Positions 25,010 through 38,517 of a stretch of 64,000 bases of DNA are shown piece after piece. The notes beneath the pieces are model-generated. The model did no database searches, had not been told where the DNA came from, and saw only the letters and a list, made by a program, of their open reading frames with translations. The number at the start of each line of letters is the position of its first letter. Positions within the stretch are counted from its first letter, which is position 1. Where the stretch lies: assembly GCA_030141605.1 (NCBI GenBank), contig JAQGDQ010000406.1, forward strand, positions 1 through 64,000. The letters are read 5' to 3'. Both the position numbers and the translations under genes were made by a program. The stretch comes from Tubiluchus corallicola (taxonomy: Eukaryota; Animalia; Priapulida).

Positions 25010-25679
25010 CTGTAAAACCGAAAGAAACACAATTAAAAATTAATTAAATGGTACTGTATATTTCCACTACTGCAAAGTCATTGTTCACTATGATACTTGC
25101 TGGAAACTCACATTTGCAGGAAATAACACCAAAAACTTGAAAAATCAAATGCACATGAATAAACATGCAACGAGTGAAACTTTGCTTGCACACTGCTTTT
25201 ATCTAAACGACCAATGGAATCTTCTTGTTTAATTATTTGATAAATACACCTAAATTATAATATCCTATCACAGAAAACACTGCACTGACAAAGACGGCAT
25301 AGTGTAAGGCACTGTTTTCATATTAAACATTCAGATCTTTTCAAGCTTTGTACAAACCGTACTACATTATTTTGCAACTGCATGAGACAATTCATTGCAA
25401 TTTTCTAGCCTTGTTTTAGACCGAGATATGGATCTGATCCAGTTCCAGAGAACTGGATCCAATTCCAGTCCGGATATATCAAACATGGGTCCGGTGCACC
25501 TTACTCACACAGCTAAATTTGGTAACAATGATGAAGAAAACCGTCTGTTTTCAATGATGCGAAATGTGGGTAAAAAAATCAAAAGATGAAAACGAAAATA
25601 GATGCGAGGCAGAAGAAACCCCAGAATGAAAATTAATAAACTGCTATTAAGTAAACTTGTTTATTTTCAACAATGGTAC

Positions 25680-25773
25680 CTGCGCAGCAAGTCTTTGAAC
25701 ACGAACAGGAAATTGATTTTCAGGTGCTGCTAATGTCATTAATCTCTCAAATCCTTTTGTTTCCAGCAATGAC
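25680..25773 (-). CDS. CTNND2: delta-catenin ARM exon
   Basis: SLLETKGFERLMTLAAPENQFPVRVQRLAAQ; phases consistent. Confidence 0.9.
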
Positions 25774-26734
25774 CTGAAAGATAAGAGAGCAGCTAACATA
25801 CCAGTTATTCTCTTCGTTTCACTTCAAGTCAATCAAATTTGTTTGTTTCATGATTAATGATTCATGAGTAAAACAAGCACCTTATACATATCCACCTATA
25901 CAAATAATTTTTATTGAGTTGCCTGCACCCACATCAAGCTTGGCTTGAAAAGAAAATGGTGATTCTTTACAAACAGAATAAGATGGAAATGAACAAAGAG
26001 ATAACATAAAATGAAATACTCTACAAAAATAGTCAAGTCCAGAAATTAGCATCTACCTACAACATTAATTCAGTATAGTGATAACAAAAAATATTGTTAA
26101 AATCTAGTAATTTTTTCCTAGTAAAGTAGAAAAAAGCTTCACTATTTAATATTTTACATTGCACACTCAACAATCAAGGAACTGAGCAACAATAACTTTG
26201 GTACTTTGCACTACAAGTGACTGCACTAACAACTATAAGTGTTAAAGCTTACAATACTCGACCTAGTAAGGTCATATTTTCAATTCAAGGTAAGATAAAA
26301 CTTTAGTTTTTAGTTCACATTGAAGCAAAGCATCTTCAAATGTATGTATGTTATACATCAGATTTGTTTGTTAATAAAATACTGTTTAAACCAAGCAAGG
26401 GGTCTGTTTAAATTTGCTCCAAACAGACAATGATCAGGTCACAAAAGGAGCCACTAGGGTGTTCCACCTTTTGAAAATTACTTCTGCTGCATTGTTAAAA
26501 TGGCAGTCTACCGTACTAGATAAAAAGCTGACCACACAATAAACAAAGTTTTAGTAAAGCCAAAAATTGTCAAAACGAAGAAATGAGAAAATGGCACAAG
26601 TTCAGCATCCCTAAAACAACTCAGCACAAGGCGCATGTGCAAGACCTACAGTGTGGAAAAATCGACAAATGCGGTTCATTAATATATAGTATATATTTGT
26701 ACAGACTTTTTTACCTGTATGAAATACTACTTAC

Positions 26735-26867
26735 TGTGCAAACTCAGAATTCTTTTTAATAACTTCATTTAATGTAGCTAGAACAGCAGCCACAGTATCA
26801 GAAGACACCTCTTGTGGATGGTTTGTAGTAGGCAGGTTTGCAACAAGATCCTTCATGGCATATTTAC
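26735..26867 (-). CDS. CTNND2: delta-catenin ARM exon
   Basis: GKYAMKDLVANLP...SDTVAAVLATLNEVIKKNSEFA. Confidence 0.93.
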
Positions 26868-27267
26868 CTACAAATGTAACCAAATGCCCAGAAGGCAAGA
26901 AAAATGTATAAAGGCTAATTATGAAGTCGAGCTATCTTATTCACTGCCGATAAATGAAAGAACAAAAAATAAATTTGCTATTGTTTTTGACACTGGCAGA
27001 ATCTCTTGACATAGATAACAGAGGTCAAAGGCCACAATGTTGGTGTTGTTTCCCTTCCAAGGTCACATGTGCTGTGAGTTTTATAATCTTCGTTTGTATA
27101 CTTTCGAAGTTATTAACTAATGTTTGCACAGAGAATCTTAATGACTATCTAAGTAAGAATAGCATTTCATGTCTCAAGTCAGCCAACCTCCGATTAAATT
27201 TGTTTCACCGAGACCTTTCATTTAATGTGCTGCAAGCTACTCACATCAGAACTTGTCATTCACATAC

Positions 27268-27418
27268 CTATTAGCTCTTTATTTCGCTGATCCAGGGAAA
27301 GATTGCGTAAAGCTGTAACAGCAGAACAAACGACTCTGTCGTCATCCATGCGCAACAACTCCACTAATACAGGCAAAAGTTTTTCTTTTCGCACAGCTGC
27401 TCTGATATCTATTGATGG
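27268..27418 (-). CDS. CTNND2: delta-catenin ARM exon
   Basis: [51 protein letters not shown]. Confidence 0.95.
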
Positions 27419-28008
27419 CTAACATAAAATAATATTCCAAATGAAAGGAGATTCAGTATAATAAGAAACATAATTTTCAAATATGAACCATTTCAATCGT
27501 TTAGGAACTCTAATAAGTCTGCATTTTTGTCTGTACACACAACAAATGTAAATGCATCAGATTAACAAGGCTATTAAGTTTAAATCAAGCTACTTAGAAA
27601 AAATAATTTATTGGTACAAATATGTAAAGGTGCGCATACAAAGCCACAAAAGTATGGTCAAGACCCAGAGCAGTGAATGTGACAGCACCTTTGTTCTGTA
27701 AAACTAGTCAGGTAGAGTTTTGTTGAACTCTGTCTCTTTGCTAAAGAAACTAAAAATGCTTTATCACATACTGTGCATCAAAACTCAGTATGCCAAAATA
27801 ATAGTTTAAGGGATACCTTGTACACCTGAGTTCGTTCTTGGTTAATGGCTAATTAGTGTAATATGAAAAGCAGCTACAAAAAAACACATTTGCTATAAAT
27901 CACAACAGGAAACAGATGCAAGAAGAAATATATAAAATTTTCATTTGAAATGCCTGAACTGGAGATGAGTGAAAATTCAGGTTGTTGTTCTTAAGCATCC
28001 AAACACAC

Positions 28009-28171
28009 CTGCCAGTAACAAGCAGAAAGATTTTGTATTGCTCCAGCTGCTGCTTCGATTGTTTCAGGATTAGAGCAATCTTTTAATAAAGGAAGATAGA
28101 TCTTGACGACGTCTGGATGCCACAGTTCTGCCATGCCCGGTGTTATCTTTGCATCAGTTTGAAATTTTGCA
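28009..28171 (-). CDS. CTNND2: delta-catenin ARM exon
   Basis: [43 protein letters not shown]. Confidence 0.95.
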
Positions 28172-28511
28172 CTGTAAAATCATAAACATTCAAATAGGAT
28201 GCGACATTTGCCTCTTGAAATTGGCCTGTATAAAAAATTAAAATATTCACATACATTCATTAGCAAGAAGCCATAAACACAATGAATGACTCTACGGAAA
28301 AAAACGTTAGCGACGAAGAAATCTGCATGAACTCCAGACACCTTTGGTATGTATAAAATAAAGACCAACACAGTCTTAAAAAACACTAAGCTTAAATTAA
28401 ACACCTTTTTTGCAACACGTTACTTCCCAATTTCTATTTTAGAAATTAACAACACAAAAATTCTGGATGCCAGGGAAGTGAACACTAGCAAATAAGAATA
28501 GTTCAGCTTGC

Positions 28512-28587
28512 CTGCCCCCTTTCTTGTTTAAGTCAACTTTTTGATCATCCTTCTTCTTTCCTCCTCCAAAACAGCCACTATTTTTGT
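28512..28587 (-). CDS. CTNND2: delta-catenin ARM-insert exon with polybasic motif and GC donor
   Basis: KNSGCFGGGKKKDDQKVDLNKKGG; only AG|GCAAGC gives the phase 2 needed for the next exon. Confidence 0.8.
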
Positions 28588-28744
28588 CTGTAAAAAATTA
28601 ATGTATGTTTTTCTGAGATTTCTAGTTTTTCAATGCAACTACTTGCTCAGGTGTACAGCAAATCTTTATTCTCATAAAGCTGAATAGCATTATACATAGA
28701 TAAAGCAATTTAATAAAACTTTTATGAATATTCAAAATACCAAC

Positions 28745-28992
28745 CTCCTGATAATTTTGCTGACTGTGAACCAGATCGCTGCAACTGCAGTTGATGCTGG
28801 TCATAATTTGGATCATCTATTTCTTGGCATCTATACGATAAGTTACGAAGTATACACACACTGTTTTCCACAGTCTTATTGTCAATGTCACTTTTGCCAA
28901 TAGAAGCACGAACAATGGCTAAAAGGGCTTCCACAAGTCCTTCACATTCGCGGAACCGTTTTCGTGCGTATTCACCTTCAGAACTAACATTT
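28745..28992 (-). CDS. CTNND2: delta-catenin ARM exon
   Basis: [25 protein letters not shown]...[21 protein letters not shown]. Confidence 0.95.
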
Positions 28993-29279
28993 CTAAAAAG
29001 TGATAAGATTATAGACAACTCATGCTATCTGACAAATGAACGCAAGCTACATAAATTACAGATATAACACAATGCCACAATAGGATATTTGCTTCAACTG
29101 TTCAAATGGACCAGAACATTTGCACAATTTGAAATAAAGGAAAACCAAAAAACACACAGGAAGCATGTATAGATAAAGAAAATAAACCATCATTGGTTAA
29201 AACACAGATAAAAATAAAATATAATACTTACATAAGCAAACGAGTTAGAGATAAGTTACACGGTACATTTTTATATTAC

Positions 29280-29431
29280 CTAAGAATGCCAGTTGCATTG
29301 CGCACAATGGTGCTCCATTGAATGTCAGGTGAGAACCTATCTATTGTATTGCTATCTATACCAGAATGAGGAATGATGACAGTGTCTGTAAAAACTTTCA
29401 GTCCATCATCTATTATCGGTTTCTTTAAGTC
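29280..29431 (-). CDS. CTNND2: delta-catenin ARM exon
   Basis: DLKKPIIDDGLKVFTDTVIIPHSG...WSTIVRNATGILR. Confidence 0.95.
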
Positions 29432-30007
29432 CTGCAATTAAGAAATTTATTCATATTTCCCCGTCTCCAAAACATTTGGCATTGATAAATAGTAATACGG
29501 TAACTAGAAAGTGACTAGAAATAAGGATTAGAAAGCAGTGATGTACAGTTGGTTGCGAGATAATGCATGAAACCAGCTAGATGGTCTAGGGGCATATAGT
29601 AAGTTTGCCCCCCCCCCAGCAGGCTCCAGGAGCTACCAACTCATTTTTCTACATTTAAGGGCATTTTGAGATTAAAATTCTGGTACACAGGTTTCTCAAA
29701 ACACAAAAAATGCATCTACGATAAGACAAATTTTAGTGCATTTGTCTATAGGCGATTGGTAAGTGACGATAATTCAAGGCAAAACATTGCTTGATTTGGT
29801 AGGGATTTGCATACTGAGATAAAAACACTGAAAAAGCCCAAAATGGACTCTGAAATACCTGTTTCTTAGTATAACCTTGTTAAATGAAGAAAGTTTTGAA
29901 ATATTCAAATAAAAAATAAATGAAACTTGCATTTGGCACAAGGAAGGTCCAGTTAATTTAATACAGATAATTAGCTGTGTTAATCATGCACAATAAATAA
30001 TAGGTAC

Positions 30008-30124
30008 CTCACATGAAGACATATTCCACAAAACTCCAGTAACCAGCTCCTTGGTTTCATTATCCTGTGTTTTCCGGAGCAATCGTATTAAAATGGGTAT
30101 GCCATTTTCATTTTTTATTGCTCG
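30008..30124 (-). CDS. CTNND2: delta-catenin ARM exon
   Basis: [39 protein letters not shown]. Confidence 0.95.
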
Positions 30125-30664
30125 CTATAATTACAATATATATATATAAAACAATTACTGCATAATAAAATCTGAAAAACTGCTTTTGTAAGGTTTTTTA
30201 GACAGTGTTTGCAACAGACAACAGACAGAAAAATACATTTTAAATAAAATGGTAACAGTCTTTTAAAAATGCAAAAGTACAAAAGAAGTGAAGGAAAAAC
30301 TGAGAAAATTGAATTCCCAACTTTTGGTCCCAAGCTTTTGTTTTTGTAAACAAGAGTAAAAGAACAAAGTTAATTATGTACTTATGTACTAATAGCATTT
30401 GTAAATTTTGCCTGCGAGAAAATGGCTTTTCACAATCATTTGTAGGATCTAATTTACAACTTTTATTTAACATAATAAAAGTTAGTTAAACTGTCATACT
30501 ATTAGCTAGTATTCCAGTAACATTACTTACTTATTTAAACACAAGTGCTTGCCTGTTGACTGGCTTTCAGAATAACTAAACATTTTATGTAGCATTTCTT
30601 CTACAAGTTCAAGGAAAAACAGCAGCTGTATTATAACAAAAAGTTTAATTAACAACTACGGTCA

Positions 30665-31550
30665 GCCATGGCGAAGGCAACCATGCACACCTTACTCCAG
30701 GGTAAAGGTAACTGTGCAAAGAGCTACTCCAGGGCGAAGGCAACAATGCACACCTTGCTCCAGGGCAAAGGCAAACTATGCACACTTTTCCCCATGGTGA
30801 AGGCAACTGGGCACATCTTATTCCAGGGCAAAGGAGACCCATGCACACCTTAACTCCAGGACAAAGGCGACCCGTGCACACCTTACTCCAGGGCAAAGGC
30901 AAAGAGTGCACACAATACTCCAGGGCAAAGGCAACCATGCACACCTTACTTCAGGGCAAAGGCAAACAGTGCACACTTTACTCCAGGGTAAAGGCAACCG
31001 TGCACACAATACTCCAGGTCAAAGGCAACGATGCACAACTTACTTCAGGGCGAAGGCAAACAGTGCAAACCTTACTCCAGGGCAAAGGCAACCATGCACA
31101 CAATACTCCAGGGCAAAGGCAACCATGCACACCTTACTTCAGGGCAAAGGCAAACAGTGCACACTTTACTCCAGGGTAAAGGCAACCGTGCACACAATAC
31201 TCCAGGGCAAAGGCAACGATGCACAACTTACTTCAGGGCGAAGGCAAACAGTGCAAACCTTACTCCAGGGCAAAGGCAACCATGCACACAATACTCCAGG
31301 GCAAAGGCAACGATGCACACCTTACTTCAGGGCGAAGGCAAACTGTGCACACCTTACTCCAAAGCAAAGGCAAACCGTGCACACCTTACTCCAAAGCAAA
31401 GGCAAACCGTGCATGCCTTACTCCAAGGCAAAGGCAACCATGCACACCTTACTTCAGAGCAAAGGCAAACCGTGCACACTTTACTCCAGGACAAAGGCAA
31501 ACTGTGCATACAATACTCCAAGGCAAAGGCAATTGTGCACACCTTACTTT
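30665..31550. repeat. 31/32-bp minisatellite with higher-order structure
   Basis: Unit about GCACACCTTACTCCAGGGCAAAGGCAACCAT, roughly 28 copies. Confidence 0.95.
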
Positions 31551-31660
31551 TGTCTGTTTAAAAAACTCAGGAAGCAAATAATGAAACTGGTATTGCAAAG
31601 TTTACGTGGTTCTATCAGGTGACACTACATGTTACTTTTGAGACAGAAATACATGTCAAC

Positions 31661-31781
31661 CTTATTATCATCATTATGTTTCCCATAAGACAGATTTCTA
31701 AGTGCACCACAAGCAGCTTTAGGGACTCTCTCATCTTCCACACTCAACTGTCCAACAAGTGGAGGTAAAGCATTCATCACT
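31661..31781 (-). CDS. CTNND2: delta-catenin ARM exon
   Basis: VMNALPPLVGQLSVEDERVPKAACGALRNLSYGKHNDDNK. Confidence 0.95.
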
Positions 31782-32400
31782 CTGCAAAAAGTTCAAAAAC
31801 TACATAGTCTATATGAAATCTCACGATGTACGTTATCTCTCATTTATAGCTCTATAGTTAGTGAAAGCTCAACATACATGCTAGGCCTAACCACGATTTT
31901 TCAATAACATCAGTAACTACTTGATATCAGTTGTGTGAAGCAGTTTCTTCAGCTTGGTGAATAAAATAAGCTTTATTTACTAATTACAGAATAGTCTTAC
32001 GAGGAACAGAATGACTAGGTGGTCATGGTACATGCACAGTGACCGAATTTAACAAATGTTAAATGTTTTTAATTTAACTAGACATGGTTAACAAATAAAT
32101 ATGTAACCATAAGCAAAGCCACTTTCGGAATGCCTTCAGATATTTCTCTTATTAACAGAGGATGTACATTCACGTGAGCATTACCCAGGCACCTCTGATG
32201 CTTTAATACTTTATTTTATAAGATTAACTTCGGCAAAGAGCTGGGTGTGGATGTCGGTTAGAAGTATGCTAAACAACATAGAAAATGTTCTTGGCACTTA
32301 TTAAACCCCAAATCTCTTTATTTTTGTAATAATATTTATGAACCGAGACAAAGTAATAAGAGCTGTATATAGTTGAAAAGCCTATTTTCAAAAATAGTTA

Positions 32401-32932
32401 CCGTATATACTTATGTACAAGTCGAATTTTTGGGAGGCGATTTTAAGGTGAAATTTTCGGGGTCGCCTTATACTTACGATATGTTTTTGGGAGATGTCAC
32501 TAAAGAGTCGTCTATGATATGAATATGTAAAGAAATAATCCTTCATTATACACTGGACTGAATGAATACTTCATATCAGAGAACGTTCGCATCTTGACAT
32601 TACTTCACAAAATTAGCAAATATTACTGTAATTTATTTTGATATACGTGAAATTAAGTTAAAATTTATATATTACCGGTAAATAAACTAGCGACGGAGCA
32701 CTCAACACTGGCCTTGTATATGCATGTTTTATTGACAAAATATCGATTACCGGCATACACGTATCTTACGCACTTACACAGTAAGCTATCTGACTTATTA
32801 CTTGGCCATTGTTGACATCATTTACTCTGGAATATCTTAATATTTTACGGTTGACTTGAACACAGGTAATATATAAAATGAGGCGATTTTTGGTTTTAAA
32901 ATGCACATCGACTTGTACACGTGTATATACGG
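32401..32932. mobile_element. pogo/Tigger-like MITE
   Basis: TIRs CCGTATATACTTATGTACAAGTCGA / TCGACTTGTACACGTGTATATACGG with TA flanks. Confidence 0.85.
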
Positions 32933-33410
32933 TATGTCTATGTCTACTACAGCTACGAAACAAGTCACACTCACAGTGACAAAGAGAAAAATAAAATAAA
33001 CATAAAAGTGAAAAGGTTTTTTTTACAAAATATTTCACATATAAAAATAGGAAACTTGCTAAACTTCTAATCTGGTTAAGCATTCATTTGTATAACTTGA
33101 TGTGCCACCTGAGATACTACAAACAAATTTTGCATCTGTTGACAAACAAAAACAAAAACACTGACATTTACTCGATTTTTGAAACCAACTCTTGCTGCAC
33201 GTTTTTTAAATAAAACTGTATGATAGCCTCTGATGCTGTTTCACTACTTCATGTTGCTTTACTTTTTTCTCGGAAAACTAGGGTACCTTTATGACAAACA
33301 ATATGTACAGTAATTACTAAGTATAGTATAACATGCTAAGCAAAGGATGAAAGGAGCCAATAAATAATATAGTAATTACAAGTGAAACCTATACTGTTAA
33401 ATGTACAAAC

Positions 33411-33546
33411 CTGGCTTTCTGTTTAATGTTGTCATCACCATAAGAAAGATGTTGCAGATATGCAGCTGCATTAGTCTTTAACGTATTATTGGGATGTGTA
33501 AGAAATTCTACAACTTCAGATAAGTCTGGATCGCGCCACCGTTGCT
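33411..33546 (-). CDS. CTNND2: delta-catenin first ARM exon
   Basis: QRWRDPDLSEVVEFLTHP...NAAAYLQHLSYGDDNIKQKAR, the p120-family WRDP(D/E)L motif. Confidence 0.95.
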
Positions 33547-35984
33547 CTAAAAGACAAAACCATAACCTATAAATAAGTAGGTGAGCATGGCATTGCCACT
33601 TTGAATAAAAAAACTAATTGCTAAATAACTTAACCAAGTTAGATTAAAATCACTTTAATAAAGTATACTAAACAAAAACAGCGAAGTTTTGATCTGATAA
33701 CAAATACCTGTACAACACGAGAGCACTGCTGTTGCATTATATGCAGCATATCAAGTGGCTTTCCAATGGCCATAAAGCATTGTTCTAATACAAATGTGTG
33801 AGGCTGTCTTTGTGTTTTTATGAATACTTTTTCCGGGTTCTTCTTCAACATTAAACTAGTAGTGTCAAATCACTTTTATGTGTCACGCATTTAATTATGT
33901 ACAGCAACATTAATAAAATTTCCAGGTATTGTACTTTGCATAATAATAATAATAATAATAGTAAGAAGGAGGAGAAGAAGATGATGCTGATGATGACGAC
34001 AACGATGACGATGATGACCATGCAGTCGCAAATCATAAAATGTTTTGGAAATCAAACTTTAATGTATAATATACAGCCAATGTCAGACTTTGATGACAAG
34101 TATAAAAAATAGCCATTGGACAAAAAACCCACATTTCAATTTCTCTCATCTTTTATTATTGTTTGCTGTATTTAACAACACTAGTAACAGTGAAACAGTC
34201 AGTAATTTTGCAAGTAAAGCAGCTTAAAGTTTTGGACAGGGTGCTGATGACCTCAATGTCCAGTATGGTTGCCCATGGGACACACACTCAGCCAAAAAGT
34301 AGCTTACCTGGTGTGGATAACTAACACACTCTGGATGATTCTAGATGACATGTGATTAAATATTAACACTATTCAAATTTGGTATGTGGGACAGGGGTGC
34401 TCTTGGCATACAAACGAGAATTTCAATTCTTGTAGTAAATGACCAATTCCCTATTGGTTCATAAAACACTTTGTCGCACTTTATGGCTTTGCTTGCAAGT
34501 TATGTACAAATATTTGATTTTGTGAAATGGCTTAAGGGGCACTTATGATGTAACGTGACTACTTCATGTGTTCCAAAGTCACTAATCGTAAATGAAAGCC
34601 CATAGACAACTTCCGATTTGTTCGTAACAGTAAAAGTGTCCATCTGCTAAAGTTCCGGAGCTATAAGGCGGCAGGACTCTTATTAATTTTTTACTGCTCC
34701 ACAGGACAGTAGGCCAAAATATGAATTTTTTTATTAATACTTAAAATGCTGTTAGAATGTCCTAAAGATCATGATTTTCCTGAAAGTTTGGTAGTTATAT
34801 CCAGTCAGTCCCCATTTCAGGAAAATTTGGCCTTAACAGTCCTGATCATTACCTCTAGTTAATGTATCTATACTTCCAGAATTGTGCAATGAAGGTTGAG
34901 CAGGTATTGGTTGAAATGAACTATGTTGTTGCACGGCGTAATCTTGCGTACTGTAACTGTCACGACTATGAAATGGACCATCAGCTGAGCCATAAGTTGG
35001 TCGATGGTTATCTGAAGGTCGAGGTAATCGTCCGTAGCTAGGGTCTTGCGCATAATGAGCTGAAAAAATGAAATTCTTTAGCTAATTATGCGATATGTAG
35101 CTTTTCACCAAATTTTGGCATAAACTTTTGGCTAGCACACTTGAAAAGTGCAAATACTTGCAAGTTAGAAGACACTGTATAAAAACATGTCACCAATAAA
35201 TACAGACAGTAATATTCATAACAAATGCTTGGGAACACAAACAGCAAGAAATGCGATGCGAATAACCCTGGGTCAAACACTTAACAATGAACATGTGCAA
35301 AATCAGTAAACCTTTTCTTGTGTGACAAGCATTGCTGTTTATTGTTTAATAAAACTTTCCCATTTTAATTAATGGGACCTAAAAACATTAAACAATTCTT
35401 AATGGCAAGCATTGCATTAAAAAAATCACAAAAAACAACAGGTGTTATTCTCTATTTTCTGTGTTTTCTCGTGATGTTTTTCTGGCTAGCTTCTTAGAGC
35501 TGGACGGCCATGTGCTGGAGGGAAGTTTGTTAAGCAAAACAAAGCTAAAACAAATACATATTCAAAACTGTTCCTATTATTTATCTTAAAACTAGAATCA
35601 AATTTAGACAACACTTCAGATTGCACAAATTTGAAAACACTTTAAATTTAACCAGTGTTTTTGCGCACTCTTCTTTTTCTGAAGTTTGAGCATAATGGTG
35701 CATCAAAGTATTTAGTCTTTTTAATTTCTTTATTGTAATTTTTTCGTTAATTAATTAGTTAGTAAGGTATACGACAGAATGTTCTTTTTGCACAGCAAAA
35801 ATACCTTGTTCGAAAATTTGCAGTAGCAGCAGACCCTTGTCAAAATCACAATTCCTATCTCTGTAGTACTGAAAAAAGCAATTCCATTTCTACGGCAGCA
35901 AGAACACTACCTATTTTCCATATTGCAATCTAAACTACCAAAGTGAGGCATGAGGTCTTTAAAAACAAAGTTTACCATAATTAC

Positions 35985-36084
35985 CTAGAGATAGACCAGG
36001 GTACGATCTGTCTGAGCTGTCAGGTTCTTTGTAGCAGCCTTTTTGTGGCTGTGCATAATGTGGCATTTCAGGCCTGTAACTGTT
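35985..36084 (-). CDS. CTNND2: delta-catenin N-terminal region exon (alternative in-frame donor at 35976)
   Basis: NSYRPEMPHYAQPQKGCYKEPDSSDRSYPGLSL; phase 0 in and phase 1 out, matching both neighbours. Confidence 0.75.
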
Positions 36085-36238
36085 CTGCAAAAATACAAAA
36101 TGAAGTGAAAAATATAAACATTAGACTGAGATGCATCATTTCCCATATAAATAAGCAAAAATGATGAAGCAGCTGCAAAAAAGTGAAGAGATTAGATAAT
36201 AACAAAGCCATATACCTGGAGAGTTAATTAATATAAAC

Positions 36239-36798
36239 TAGTGGTTCCTAACCTGGGGTACGAGTACCCTTTGGGGGTACGCGAAAGTTGTGTTGTGTAA
36301 CACGTCACTGTTACGTCAGAATGTTCTTTTTTGCCGTACAGCATACATGGAGTACAAATTTTATGGGAGCAACTGCCTCGCGGTGGAAGGAAAGAGCGTG
36401 CAACAAGATTGTATTTTAAAAGGTCAATGTTTTTGCAACACACCAACACAGTAGCATTTTTCAGGTAATACGTGCACTGTCTGGCGTTGGTGGATGACGG
36501 TAGGCGAGGCTGGCGGTTTTTTGAAAAGCTTGCATTAATGAGGCGGCCAGTGAGGCTTCTTTACAGTTCCACTGCGAGTTCGTCTTCTGATTTGACATCC
36601 GATCGTCTTTTGTCTTGCATTTGTTCTTGAATTTGGTGTTTCGTTTATTGGGTTTGCTTGTATAATTAAACCATGTTTCTTCACACTTCTGCCTCAAGTT
36701 GCTAACTCAATCTCATGTTGCTAAAAGATGTTAAAGGTACAGGGCAGATCGCTGAATTTCGAAAGGGTACTTGGCTAGTAAAAGGTTAGGAACCACTG
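36239..36798. mobile_element. hAT (Charlie-like) MITE
   Basis: TIRs TAGTGGTTCCTAACCT / AGGTTAGGAACCACTG; 8-bp TSD ATATAAAC / ATCTAAAC (1 mismatch). Confidence 0.85.
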
Positions 36799-38289
36799 AT
36801 CTAAACATTCAGCAAAGCCAGAATATTTACACAACTTTCGAATATGCCCTAATAATCAATGATATTAGTGACAAACGAGTACTATCAGTTTTGGAAAAAG
36901 ATAGATGGCATTTATTACTAGGCATTTTCAAATACTTGTATAAATACATCTAATCTTTGTTTGAGACATGGTTTGTTGAGATGCAATTGGCTTCTTATTC
37001 TATGGCAAGTTAACGGTGCTACCTCAATACCCATTTGCCCAGCACTGAGTAATTTTACTCACCAACATGTCTCACATATAAACAGAGACATAATGTATAC
37101 TAGACATAATAAACAAGCTAGCTGGCAAATAGCTAAACCTTTGTTTTACCATTGTATCTAGCTGTTAAGCAAAATAATATAAAGTGTGAAAGCGCTTAAT
37201 CACTAATTAAATATCAAAATTATGAAAATTCTCTGACCAGCAGTATTATAATTACTAAGGGGAAAGGAAAATTGCAAGAGACTTTTCAAAAACAAAAAAA
37301 TTTTTGTTAAAAGTAACATGTCTCATCAACTAGACCAGGTGCAAATTATTACTTCTCGGCCCACTGGCAGTCAGAGGTAATATAAAGAATAGCACCTGAA
37401 TTTAAGAAAGTGTACAAGTTATACTTCAGGTGCAACAAGTGACAAAAAATTGGTTTAATAAAACATGTTTGAGACAAGTTGCATGGGGCACATTTATGCC
37501 TCAGCGAAGTGCCAACTCTTATAGGAAACAATGCACCCTCACTTCTTTCAATGTATCATTCAATTCACAGTGCACAGAGTGCCTGCCTTTTGCCAATTTG
37601 GTAAGCAGATGGTAAATAAAAATACTAGCTAAATTTACTATTAACTACTGTCACATTGTACCTTCTTTTATGATGCTACTGCTATCTTTACAGAAATACT
37701 TTATATTACATACTAGTAAATGGCCAACCAATTGTATCACATCATTCACACCACGTGATAGCTAACTATTTTGAATATTACATTGTATCACACGAGTTCA
37801 CCATAGTCTCCATATTTCTTCAATTTTCTAAACTTTTTAGTGATACAATATAGCCGACATTTTATTGTCTTGGAATCTAATTAGCTACCAAGAAATTTGC
37901 ACTAGGTGTCGTATCACACTAGATCATTTATAGTCAACATCAAAAACTTTCTGTAGACTGGTGAATGAACAAAATGTCAGCTACTTTACTGTTCTCAATC
38001 GTCTTGTTTACAAATCACGTGCTATGAAACTATATTAACACAAATGGTTGTAGAATACCTATTGTATCTGGCAGAACTGGATACCAACGATGATGACATG
38101 TCTCTATGTTAAAGTTTTTTACAATTACTTTTTTAAACATTTTTACTACTATATAACAGATGATGGGGCTAGCAAACACAATATACAATTAACAGGATTC
38201 AGAAAAATTGTTGTTTGTATGATATTTAACTTTAGCACATTGCAGTAGTAAGGTATAAAACTGTATCATTAACTGACACCCCTGTATAC

Positions 38290-38517
38290 CTGCGGTTGAC
38301 TGGAGTAATTTTCATAATCATTTTGTTGTTCACTGTAACTATTTGGCATATAGCCATCAGGATTATTTTGTGAAGAATATGAGTCATATCTGCTGTGCGG
38401 TTGTACGGCATGCAAACCCAGACCGGCTGTTGGTGACCTAGACGGTCGATAGTTGTGAATGGTCGGAGATTTCTGAGCTACATTTCGAGTCGTCTCAATC
38501 TTCATCGGCTTCCCAAG
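38290..38517 (-). CDS. CTNND2: delta-catenin N-terminal region exon
   Basis: tag|CTT...CAG|gtatac; 76 codons LGKPMKIETTR...YSSQPQ, Tyr/Ser-rich. Confidence 0.8.

Noticed and set aside
30645-31622. ORFs up to 238 aa rich in H, T, Q, G, K
   Set aside because: Products of a stop-poor minisatellite read in several frames.
34308-34340. 33-nt candidate catenin exon with a strong CAG|GTAAGC donor
   Set aside because: Poor pyrimidine tract and an in-frame TAG in the required phase; no support as a coding exon, although a poison exon cannot be excluded.
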